Shown in pieces: positions 52,601 through 62,131 of a DNA stretch of 64,000 nucleotides. The notes below the pieces were generated by a model. It ran no database searches. It was not told the DNA's origin and saw only the letters and a program-made list of their open reading frames with translations. Each line of letters opens with the position of its first letter. The stretch's first letter is position 1. Source of the stretch: Schmidtea nova (taxonomy: Eukaryota); assembly GCA_044892505.1 (NCBI GenBank), contig CM097883.1, positions 418,004,001-418,068,000 of the forward strand, read 5' to 3'. Position numbers and translations under genes: made by a program.

Positions 52601-55600
52601 AAGACAGACAATGGAAATAAACCAACTATCAAGTAGGGAAACAGAAGAATCAGGAGGACAATGGCTAGATTGGGTAATAAATGGATTGGTGAATGACCTG
52701 GAACCTGATTCAACGAGCGAACCATAGTCAACTGTAGCGGAAAAATTGTATATGTAAAATAAAAAATTAGAAAATCAAAAATAAACAACAAATCAATGTA
52801 TATATTATTGTAGAAATGGATATTGAAGGTAAAGCCGAAGAAAAGATAATCTAAATACTGAGATTAGCAAACAGAAACTGGAGCAAGAGATTTTCATGTG
52901 GATATTGCAACAATTTATTACAGAAACCAAGGCAAACCACCTGTGGATGTAGGTTATGCACATAATGTGTACAAACATTAGAGTTAAAGAAAATAACAAA
53001 ATGCCCAGAATGTAAAGAGGGACAAATCGTGTACGAAGAGACAAGACCAGATAAAGCAACACAGAGAGAGAGAGATTATGTACACAATAATCGAATGTGT
53101 AAATCCCCCATGTATATGGCAAGGACCAATTAGTGAGATTAAAAATCATATAGAAAACTGTGAAGAAAAGAGAAGCGAATGTGAGAAATGTAAACAAGCG
53201 ATAATTTTAAAGGATAAAGAGAAACACAGAAATGAATGCAAGGAGGAAGAAATCGCATGTGAATATTGCGAAATTCGAGAAACAAGGAAGAGGAGCACAT
53301 CAATGTAAAAGAAGAGAAAATATTTGAACAGTATGTAGGAGTGTGCCCAAACAAATGTGAAATAACCGAAGAGGTGAAATTACGAGAACATTGGTAAGAG
53401 TGTACGGATATACCAAGAGAATGCCCTTACAACAAACATGGATGCAGAGAATAGTAGACTCAACAAGCCATGAAACAACATTTAGAAACAGAGGCAATCA
53501 ATCACATCGAAATGACAGATAAAACAATGTAGAAATTGGAAAACGAAATAGAATCTCATAAAATAATGACGAACCTATTATTAGAAACCAGAGAACAGTT
53601 CGAATTAACTCGGGAAAAGATGGAAGGGAAAATAAGAGCCATCGAAGAATTGGCAAAAGGAATGAAAGTGCAATATAACAAATTATTACGAGGCATCAAC
53701 GAAAGAAAAGATTTACCAATAGCACCATATGTATGGAAAATAACGGATTTCCTAGATAGATTAGCGGATGCACGAAGTTTTAAGCAAGTCGCGGTAATAA
53801 GCCCACCATTTTACTTATGGGAAAACGGGGCTAAAGTGAGATTGAAACTATACCCGAACGGAGATGGAAAATGTCTTGGAAAGCACGTATCAATATTTTT
53901 CGCGTTTTGCAAAGGAGAATATGACGATCTAATCGAATGGCCAATAGGAGAAAGACGATCATAAGAATCAAAAGTTTAAAAAAACCATAGAAAAGAAATT
54001 CACGACAGATAGAGGAGTAGATACGAAGAACAGACCAACAGAAGAATGCGGATTAGCAAGTGGAGAGCCATATTTTGTATCACAAAACAAGATATGGGGA
54101 TTATTGTATGAGGACACCTTATACATAGAAACGGAAAGGAATGAGAAAGTGGATAGAAAAGGATGGTCGGCGTAGTAAGAGGAATCATCGTGTAAATAAT
54201 ATGTACAGAAATAATCTAAAATAATAAATAAAAAATAATAAAAATATAGTCTGATTGAAAATATTTGTAATTATAGAAATGGGAAATGTCGAAATCTGTT
54301 TACAAGAAGTTACCGCACACCAAGACAAAGTTATTTGTGAACATTTAGAACAAATTGAGAATTGGATCCACGCATACTACCACAAACAGGAAGAAGTAGA
54401 AAGACAAGCCGAATTAATAAAAGAAGCCAAAAGAGCAAAGCGAATAAGTCAAGATAAAATAGAAGAACTATATGATTTACTGGGAAAACAGAAAGAATAT
54501 TATAAAAAGATGATGAAAGAACGACGAGAAGAAAGAGATCGAGAGCGAACAGAAATGGAACGTAAAATTTACTCCATAAAAGAACAAGCAAGGTATTGGA
54601 AAAAAGAAGCTAAAGAATCTTATATAAAAGCAAGAGATAATCGAGAAAACTGCTCATAGTGATGATTGGAAGTTATACGAAGAAATCGATAAATTGAAAG
54701 AAGAGTTAGAACAAAAGATCAGTCAAGAAACGTCGAATAAAAGATGAGATAAAAAGAGACAGCAATTCATCAGAGACCCAGTAAGGAAAATTAAACACGT
54801 ACATACCAGATCGAAAGATTGGGAAAGGAATTAAACATCAATAAACAACAAGGAAACACAAATCAGAGCATGGATTCAGAAAGAGGAAGACATGAAGCGC
54901 GATATAAATGGATATTAAGAAGTAATCACTCAAAAGAAGGTGGAATTAAAGACAACCAGAGAAAGATTAGAGGAAGCAAAGTGAAGCTATGAGGAAAATT
55001 TGGCAAATTTAACAAAGGAAAATGAAGAGTTGAAACAGAAACTGATACAAAAACTAGCACCACCAAAAGAAACATACATCACCACAGCAGTAATCAAAAT
55101 GATGGAAGAGGAAGAGAGAAAAGTCAAAATAACAGAATTAGAAAAACAGATAGAAGCGTTGACAGAACAGGCAAATTATTTGGAATACCTGTTAGACGAA
55201 GAAATTCAAGTATCTCACCTATATCGAGATGAAGTAACAAGGTGGAGAAACACGGTAGTGTGGTTACCACTCCCCATGAATCAAGTGGAACCTCAAGATG
55301 AAGGTTTCCACGAACCCAACGAATCGCTAGTTTAAAAAGAAGTGCGAAAATCCAATTGTAAATGTGGTAAAAATAACAATGTCAAACTGTATTGACAAAT
55401 ACGTAAAATAACACGAAGAAGCTCGCGATCCCGATAATCCTAAATATAACCACAATCACCTAGCAAATAAAGACATTCAACTCTCAGAAGAAAATCTGCC
55501 AGTTTTACCAGATAAAATCTATAAAGAAATAGACAATCTAATAAAAGAAACAGCCGAAACCAATCAAGTACAGTTGGTTTTGACACATTATACTCGTTGC

Positions 55601-56775
55601 AAACCTTAGACACTGTTGCATTTACTGACCATTTATAAACTAGCAATCGTGACTTTATAAAAAAGGATCGAATCCGCAAGCTCATTGTGGTTTTGTTATA
55701 TACACAGGCAAATCCATTTCCAACGAAATCTTCCGTAACTATCCCTTGTTTTGTTTTTAATTGGAAGTCTAAATAACATTTCAGGTAAACCCTTTTGGGA
55801 TGCAATCAAATTATTTTTCATCAAAATTGTATTGATTTTTCTTTGTCATTCGTTATACGAATTAGATCAACACATTTAAAATTCGGTAAACCCATTAAAT
55901 ATTTAAGAAAACCGTTTTTAATATTTTTTAATTAATATATTTATTTAATATATCGTTGTGGGAGTTTATTTTTTAGTTTAAACAAAATATATAGAAATAA
56001 TTATTTAAAAAATGCTTCCAATAAAATTCAATAATGAAGAAATTATCACATGTTTAATTAATAAAATTAATCTGCAATTAAATTAGAAACTATTTAAGGA
56101 TAAAAAATATATCAGTACTTACAAGATATTACTAATTCACGGAAAGTATTCTCCAAAAACGTGCTATAATAAGAATTATTCTATAAATTATGATTATTAT
56201 TTACTGGTGCTTATCAAGCAAAAAGATACTTCAAATGGCAAGATTTTCTTTTTAAGAAGATCTTTCAATTTATCAAAGTCTTCTTTAGTTTTTATTTGAA
56301 TATCATCAATTCCAATTACAACTGGTTTTACTAGATATATATAATAATATATCAATTACGTCATTCATATACAACAAAAATTCACTTTCTAAAGATTCCT
56401 TAAACAATTCATATTCAGCATTTTTCTCAAAATTTTCTCTCTCTTTTTCTGTTAGTGGAACATTTTCAATTTTCTTTTTCAACTCTTTCTCTTTGATTTC
56501 TTTTTTCAATAATTTCGATTTAACTTCAACTTTTTTTATAACAGGTTCTGGTAATTTTTTTATTGGTTCGTCTTCTTCAGCATCCCAAGAATCCTAGTCA
56601 AATGAAGAACTGAAAATAGTTAATAAGAATAAAATACATACAGGTATAGTAAAATCCTCATCTTCCCCAGCGAAACGACTAGCCACTACAGTCGGAACAG
56701 CAGTATCTTCATCTTCTGATTTATTTCAATAAGTTTTAATATTAAGTAAATCATAAATTTCTTACCCCAAGACAT
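43650..56775 (-). CDS. EIF3J: Eukaryotic translation initiation factor 3 subunit J, 7 exons
   Basis: Exons (minus) 56775-56766, 56715-56642, 56593-56386, 56330-56230, 56180-56123, 43899-43826, 43763-43650, all GT-AG with compatible phases. Protein MSWEDED...FAGEDED...DSWDAEE...KTKEDFDKL...STFLENTFREL...LANEK...YEEDDDLEFDEDY* has the eIF3j acidic N-terminus, helical core and acidic C-terminus. Confidence 0.9.
44150..44690 (+). mobile_element. Heavily decayed mariner fragment
   Basis: Remnants DVEEGGRPG and LGFRKLCRRFVPRF, similar to the 10-kb mariner. Confidence 0.5.
44695..45515 (+). mobile_element. 5'-part of a hAT-type transposase (zinc finger + start of core), truncated
   Basis: ICTICSSRFLIVHGGRQDILDHIKSDRH, FHTAKHNYSFRSNDC, FVSLITDTSNHG...IVVRYFD (ORF 45194-45583 plus upstream). 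cgggacag subterminal motifs near 44697. Confidence 0.7.
45760..46395 (+). mobile_element. Possible Merlin/ISXO2-like transposase remnant
   Basis: Scattered motifs in the expected order: EGPKIGG (45920), FMITDYF (about 46268), HVETINGLG (about 46333). Multiple stops and frameshifts. Confidence 0.4.
45931..46105. repeat. 42-bp tandem repeat x4 plus partial copy
   Basis: Unit gattggtggaataatatccaccatttctctacgtttaaacat starting at 45931, 45973, 46015 and 46057. Each unit has a 7-bp stem (tggtgga/tccacca) and the palindrome gtttaaac. Confidence 0.97.
46382..47523 (+). pseudogene. Chuvirus-like (class III) fusion glycoprotein, C-terminal half, frameshifted (env-like)
   Basis: Stitched translation: KCGVAMLETNYPGIYV...IKLHVYLNNKMDFL...YYDLINNDCILNRVILKTKLA...GQCTNELEIEYKGK...YVQPVTRII...CSNAYGPLYE...NGGIYSAKDLEAARQNILF...MWGRFLIFGQMMAGILGVILIIQII. 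This is collinear with chuviral glycoproteins as I recall them, including the membrane-proximal and TM segment. Confidence 0.8.
47581..48441 (+). pseudogene. Retropepsin-type aspartic protease plus downstream spacer domain
   Basis: IEINGKEVEVMIDTGANISAID catalytic DTG motif and the closing CMIGTDLM (ILG.D-like) motif in ORF 47611-48441. The frame continues past one TGA into ankyrin repeats. Confidence 0.9.
48442..49780 (+). pseudogene. Ankyrin-repeat region, in frame with the protease apart from a stop and frameshifts
   Basis: GGATALHNAIKWGETEKVKEFL, ETPMMTA...EIVDMLINADVNWAACDRRGDTVLNHAII, and MPIHRALRAGKDNKVIEI. Confidence 0.75.
49783..50400 (+). pseudogene. Unknown element ORF with acidic/Asn-rich linker
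   Basis: ORF track 205 aa with the same A-rich codon bias as its neighbours. Probably part of a broken polyprotein. Confidence 0.45.
50349..52289 (+). pseudogene. Predicted membrane protein: signal-like segment, repeated Cys-Trp ectodomain units (possibly FN3-like), Thr-rich stalk, TM, basic tail
   Basis: ELLILAIVITLMGQGEA upstream of ORF 50424. Repeated VCW/KCW/VCW/ICW, with YRICTI/HKLCLL/YEICSI downstream in three of the units. TM ICIGILAVSVPVIIILSIIRLW in ORF 51990-52289. Confidence 0.55.
52389..52727 (+). pseudogene. Small coiled-coil ORF (112 codons, one internal TGA)
   Basis: MNVQEGITEM...SLQNQLVEKQNLLADCYNNIFEQLHKIEEQQRIVELTRENQRLRQ...EP*, translated by hand. Confidence 0.5.
52816..54175 (+). 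pseudogene. Intronless TRAF (RING - TRAF zinc fingers - coiled coil - MATH), degenerate
   Basis: RING: CGYCNNLLQKPRQTTCGCRLC..C...CPEC. Zinc fingers: CVNPPCIWQG...HIENC...CEKC...HRNEC...CEYC and CPNKC...CPYNKHGC. MATH: YVWKITDF...SPPFYLWENGAKVRLKLYPNGDGKCLGKHVSIFF...GEYDDLIEWP...RPTEECGLASG...EDTLYIE. Confidence 0.9.
54279..55335 (+). pseudogene. Long E/K/R-rich coiled-coil ORF, frameshifted
   Basis: ORFs 54255-54659 (ATG at 54279, MGNVEIC...) and 55000-55335, with coiled-coil-like sequence between them. Confidence 0.5.
55554..55805 (-). mobile_element. Merlin/ISXO2-like transposase N-terminal fragment
   Basis: SLRIRSFFIKSRL...YKWSVNATVSKVCNEYNVSKPTVLDWFR resembles the Merlin zinc-ribbon/HTH region. 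It is cut off exactly where the A-rich element ends. Confidence 0.55.
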
Positions 56776-57528
56776 TATTTAAAAAAAATTTCAACGATGA
56801 CTATATGAAATTTAAAAAAGTGAATATTTAAACAAAGCATTGAATAAAACAAAACTGTTTGACTGGATAAGAAGTTTCAACAATTATGTTTTATATAAAA
56901 TCACTTGAAATACTTTCTAGATTTTTGAACTTACTTTAAATATCTTTGAAATTTGTTTATTATACAAAAGGTTAGTTAGATATCATTCTTAAATTTAATT
57001 ACATTAATAAAATTTTATCAATTTGCAATATTTTCTTGAAATGATAGATTCTGGAATAGTCAAAATCTATTTGGGTAACCTAAACACTAAATATAAAAAC
57101 AAGTTGTCCAAACTCTGCACTAAAAATATCGGTCACTGAGCACCGAACTCAGATACTGTTAGTCAAGGGTGGCTTGTCTTTAAATGGCTACTGCTGCATT
57201 GCCCCACACGCATTTCTACTAACTAAAAAATAAAAAAAATTATATATTTTTGGTAACTCACTGTATGAATAAACAAAACTTTCTCTATTCTTATAGCCAC
57301 GCGTAAGTCAAACTGGTTTTAATTCGTTTCTGACAGTCCTTCATGTTGGGCTGGTAGAAGTTAAATTACTAATTGTTTTAATGCGTCAAATATGCACATG
57401 CATCACGATAATATATTTTAAAACTCACGAAAGCATAAGATAATATCAAGAAAAGCATAGTACATGCACAAAATAGTAAGCATACGGACCACTTTTTAAA
57501 AGTCGACCGAAATAGGAATAAAAAGATA

Positions 57529-58909
57529 CAAGATAAACCAATAAGTTTTGTCCGGTGCTCATACTCAGCTTTCCAATGCTGTAATGAGTGTATATGTCTG
57601 CAACTTTATGTGTCTATGCTATATATGTTGTAGATTTGTAAAATTTAAAAAAATCGCTTATTAATAATTTTTAACATTGCTATTAACTTTGATATGTCTT
57701 TCAAGGATTTAATAAATTTCTTTTAATTTACTTTTAATAAATTTCTTATTTGACTGAAATACTTTTTGTTTTCATTACGATACGTCGATTTGAAATGAAT
57801 TTCGCACAAGAGGATATCCGCAAGTTAATCTACTACAATTGGAAACGTGGATTAGTGCCTTCCACAGATTGCAAATGAAATAAATTTGACACTGGGGAAG
57901 GACACAACAAATGAGTGCACTTGTCGACGCTGGGTTTCAAACTTCAAGGAAGGAAACTTTGATATTGAAGACAAAGAGCGATGTGGGAGGCCCTCTCTTG
58001 ATATCAACAACAAAATTCTAGCTCTTTTGGAGGAGCACAACAGTACTGTAGAAATGAGCGTAGAGCTTGGAGTTTGTCAGCAGACAATTCGAAATCATCT
58101 GCTTGCAATGGGCATGCGTTACCTGTGCAACCACTAGGTCCCACACAAGTTGTCCGAGCAACAAATGGCCAACCGTAATAAAATATGCAACGAGCTGATG
58201 TGCAAGTATGCTGCTAATGACGTCCTCAGTCAGCTCATTACAATGGACGAAGTCTGGATCTGTTGGAACAACGACGGAACCTATCACCACCGTTCGTAAA
58301 GAGGCGCATGTGATGCCCCTGATGTGGAAGTTTGCCGCACATTGTCACCCAGGAAACATATCATGTCCGTCTTTTGGGACTGTAAAGGTGTGATTATGAT
58401 GGATATTCTGCCGCAGGGTGCTACAATAACTGCCAATGTTTACTGCGAACAGCTGTCCCGTCTGGTGACTGCAATACAACAAAAGCGACGCCGTCTTCTT
58501 GGTGGTGGGTTTCATCAAATTCACTGTCTCCACAACAATGCACGACCCCATACGGCAGCCAAATCTGTGCAAAAACTTACTGACATTGGTTTTACTGTTC
58601 TTCCACATCCCCCTTGCTCCCCAGACCTCGCACCATCCGATTTTTATTTGTGTTCCCCTTTAAAATCTACGATTCGTGGAAGAGATTTCAACGGAGTTGA
58701 TGAAATTCAAGTGGTTCTGGACTCTTGGTTGGACAGTAAACCACGCAGCTTCTTCGCCGATGAAATAAGGAAACTGTCTGGTCGATGGCGCCAATGTGTC
58801 CTTCTTAATGATGCAAATCTTGAACATCTCTCTGGCACAGATGATTGACATTTTTGATGTTTTGAAATTTATACATGTTTCACCGGACAAAACCTATTGG
58901 TTTATCCTG
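57529..58909 (+). mobile_element. Full-length but inactivated mariner (DD34D) element
   Basis: TIRs caagataaaccaataagttttgtccggtg / caccggacaaaacctattggtttatcctg with TA on both sides. Transposase 57795-58848 has ERCGRP, VPHKLS, TMDEVW, MSVFWD, HNNARPH, SPDLAPSDF, with stops and frameshifts. Confidence 0.95.
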
Positions 58910-59887
58910 TAAAAAGATGCATCTCAAAAAAGAACACACAATTTGATGGTAGGTAAATAAAACATATACACCAATTACACACATGTGCAATACGAATGCA
59001 TGATTCTGATCACTATAAATACAAAGACATTTTTAAGATAATAATTTATACAATGCAATCACGTAAACAAAATTATGATATCAGTAAGGAAAGGATATTC
59101 CCGACTAAAGTAAAACCAGTACAGATGTATTACGATAGCAGAATTTATTTTTTGGTTTAAGAAATACCGTTTCGTAAAATTATCAAAATCATTGTATGAT
59201 AGTCTAGCTGTTATTATTAATAAAGATATTATGGCAATAAATAAATCAATATCAATTTGTAAAGAAGCGATGTACATCGACAATAGAATAACTCGTTTCC
59301 ATAATGCTTTTCTAACTATCGATTACGAGGATCAAGAACACTGGTTCATTACGACTATTATTCAAGGATATAAGATCGATAAAAATGAAGTGATTACTCC
59401 AATTTGGAGAATTGACAATGCACAATATGCATAAATAATTTGTATAAATGTAATTTAATAAATTTTAGTATTATCAATTTTAGTTTTTAATATTTGTTTA
59501 AAATGAAACTAATCATCATTATTATTGACGTTGACTTAGAAATTCCTGATAAAAAACCAGAGATCTTTAGATTTGGAACAGAAAATTGAAACTTTCTCTT
59601 GATGCTACTTCATTTCAACCAGGTCTCATCTCTAATTATTTTACCTTTGTTATCATTTTATTGATCTATAATAAGAGAGATATCAAAAACAGCAATAAAA
59701 TATATTTTCCGCGTAAATGAACACAATTTTTGATTTTAATAAAATTACAAAATGGAAATCCAAATTTATTACAGACAGAACACATTTACAATAATCGATC
59801 ACACCATAAAATGTCAATAAAACGAAGCAAAATAAAATATGCCTCCGAGAAATTTGTGATGCTTGAAAATACGATTGCAATTCGAAG

Positions 59888-60124
59888 TTACGCTTTTGAA
59901 TTTGGAATAGTTGGCCGTTTGTCATAGAAAAAACTTCGCAAAACAAAAACCTGTCCAATGCCTACTGCAACTATTAACAAGGCTTGACCAATCGACCAAT
60001 ATAAAACACGAGAATTCAGTTCATCGGCAAAATATCTTCCAATAGATTCTCTCAATCGAATATGAGTCTGTTCTTCATTGATGTTTGTCATGGCTTCATG
60101 AAGATTCACAGCACTTGTTTCCAT
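59888..60124 (-). CDS. TMED7: Last exon of a p24 gamma (TMED7/TMED3-like) cargo receptor; upstream exons not identified
   Basis: Acceptor ttcag at 60125. METSAVNLHEAM...QTHIRLRESIGRYFADELNSRVLYWSIGQALLIVAVGIGQVFVLRSFFYDKR matches the coiled-coil/TM/FF tail of p24 gamma proteins. Confidence 0.8.
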   Translation of the reverse strand: METSAVNLHEAMTNINEEQTHIRLRESIGRYFADELNSRVLYWSIGQALLIVAVGIGQVFVLRSFFYDKRPTIPNSKA

Positions 60125-60699
60125 CTGAATTATTCATTTTATTTTTTATCTTATTTTTGTACTGTTATTTTTTGGAACAAAAATTGTAAAATAAAGATTT
60201 TAATTACGGATTGTTTAAATGTTTTTTTCATTTTCAACTATTTTGGGTCAATCAGAAAAAGATATTGCTGCTTTGGTTATTGACATCAATAATATCATCA
60301 TATTGATCGACCAAGATATCAAGGCGTTATGGATGGCATGGACAAAACGATATTTATCAGTCTACGATAAGTATTTTAACTGTGAAATAGTATTTCAATT
60401 TAATTATTTCAATTTAACTTTTAAATTTACTTAATCACTTAATCAGTTGAAACAAAAATCTATAATGATAATAGATCTGTTCAAACAATCGTATTTAAAA
60501 AATCCAAATTAAAAAAACCCATTTATTTAGCAGGTATAATATTAATTTCTCAAAAATAAAATCAATTAATGAATTTCTTTACTTTGTCTTGAATATAACT
60601 TTTAAATTACCGATTTTAATATATTTATGGGTAATATCTTAATAAATACTTCTTTTTAAATATATTTTTTAATCTAGTTAACGGCAACGAAGTCATCAC

Positions 60700-60814
60700 A
60701 GACAAATTTTGTTTTTCGCCAAAACCCGGTTTTTCGGTGCCAAACCCCGGTTTTTCAGTTTTTGTAAATTTGAACAAAAAACCGGTGTCGGTTTTAACCG
60801 GTTTGCAAGCCCTA
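60700..60814. mobile_element. Isolated terminus of a TAGGGCTTGCAA-type hAT element
   Basis: accggttt subterminal repeats ending ttgcaagcccta, the same TIR as 18977-20740. No partner end found. Confidence 0.7.
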
Positions 60815-61932
60815 TGGAAAGCAATATCGTGACAAGGACAGAGACTTGCACAGCCTCGGTCTAGGCCCTCGATATTTTGTTATTTTATTCGGGTTCGGGT
60901 CGGGCTTAAATTTAAAAATTAACTAAATTTACTCTTTATGAATTTTATATATAATTTTTTTGCCTCAATAATGGATGAATTGAAATAAAATTTCCGGCGT
61001 AAAGTTACCTGCTTACATAAATTTAATTCTAATTGGCCAAAATGACGGCATTTCAATGCAATAGACTAGAAAATCTAGTACAAAATTCTTGATAAACATT
61101 AATTCGCGCAGTAAAACTTTAATATTATGCTCTATTAAGTTTTTTTAAAAAACATTTTATGAACGCAATTAATCTCATTTTTTTTAAGAAAAAACGTGTT
61201 TGCAAACGATTTAAAAAAATAACGTTAACAATTTCCTGCTAAATTAAATAATATAAACAATAAACATGGTCTGTCTTGCGTAATATTATTATTTTAATAA
61301 TATCGGTTAGTACAATAATAGTCTAACGATAAATATTTAAATACAAAATAATTTAATTATTTTTTTAACTGTAAGTAATTTAATTTTAGTTTCGATTAGT
61401 ATTTAACGGTAATTAATACATAAATATTATCATATTTAGCGAAACCCCGTCATGAAAGTCGATGAAATTAAAAAAAAATGAAAACAGAAGAATATGTTTT
61501 AACTGACAAGAAGAACGCGAAGAGTGATGTCTGGAGTGATGTCTAAAAATCAAAACATTGGCTATGTAGAATGTATCAAGTGCAAATTATAAAATTACCT
61601 AAATGTATGTAGTATTAAAATTTTAATTGTCTTTTTTTTATTTTTTTTTTCATTATTCTAACTTGTATTTCTTTTTTCGGGTCGGTTCGGGTAAAATTTT
61701 CAATAGGCCGTGCAGGTCTTTGGACAAGGAAGAGTTTTGGCAGCATGCATTCTATAATGAGATTAGAGTAGCTTCAGAAGACAACCAATTGTGCGGACTG
61801 AAGCACTGTTAGATTTAAAAGTCAAAAAAGAAAAGATCAATCACATCATGTTCGAAACTTAATTCTCCAACCATGTATGCTACCATTAAAGCTGTGTTGC
61901 CTTTGTATGTTTCTAGAAGAACAACTGGATTT
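60811..61932 (+). pseudogene. Actin pseudogene fragment (about residues 70-150) interrupted by a hAT element
   Basis: After removing 60839-61722: PMESNIV..DKEEFWQHAFYNEIRVASED...TEA...KEKINHIMFET.NSPTMYATIKAVLPLYVSRRTTG, versus actin [27 protein letters not shown]...TEA...[35 protein letters not shown]. Confidence 0.85.
60839..61722 (+). mobile_element. Non-autonomous hAT element with BED remnant
   Basis: TIRs cagagacttgcacagcct / aggccgtgcaggtctttg and perfect 8-bp TSD gacaagga (60831-60838, 61723-61730). Remnant KSDVW...YVECIKCK near 61520-61585. Confidence 0.9.
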
Positions 61933-62131
61933 ATGAGACTAAAGTTGTTTTACCTCAAGCAATTTTGCGTTTGAGTTTGGCTGACAGATTTGACCGATTA
62001 CTACAACCGCAAGAGAAATTGTTCGATACATGGGAATAGGAGAGATTTAATATATACACACACATACTATATATATATAATCTCACTATCATTGCGTTAA
62101 ATGACTTTATTTTGATTAAAATGTTTTAAAT

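Larger units (their letters stand above)
46382..55553 (+). mobile_element. Decayed internal/3' segment of a giant enveloped LTR-retroelement-like or endogenous viral element with accessory genes
   Basis: Sharp switch to a very A-rich plus strand (31 of 60 nt are A in line 51541). Co-oriented, intronless, stop/frameshift-broken ORFs: fusion glycoprotein, retropepsin, ankyrins, membrane protein, TRAF, coiled coils. No RT, integrase or paired LTRs seen. Confidence 0.8.

Noticed and set aside
46603-54591. Minus-strand hydrophobic ORFs across the A-rich element (for example 47358-47603, 50162-50581, 51046-51414, 52805-53197)
   Set aside because: They are shadow frames of an A-rich coding strand (F/L/S-rich) with no motifs.
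46382-55553. Reverse transcriptase, RNase H or integrase within the giant cassette
   Set aside because: I looked for YxDD, RNase H and HHCC/DDE motifs in the plus-strand frames and saw none, so the retroelement assignment rests on the protease, env and composition only.
45760-55805. Composite Merlin transposon capturing the giant cassette (remnants on both sides point inward)
   Set aside because: The two remnants do not look alike at the nucleotide level, and no shared TIR or TSD was found.
57519-58918. Apparent 9-bp duplication taaaaagat around the mariner
   Set aside because: It is explained by ordinary TA insertion into a pre-existing short tandem repeat.
59059-60434. Short ORFs 59192-59434 and 60219-60434 with a vaguely similar II.KDI.A motif
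   Set aside because: Too short and low in information, with no convincing splice model or family match.
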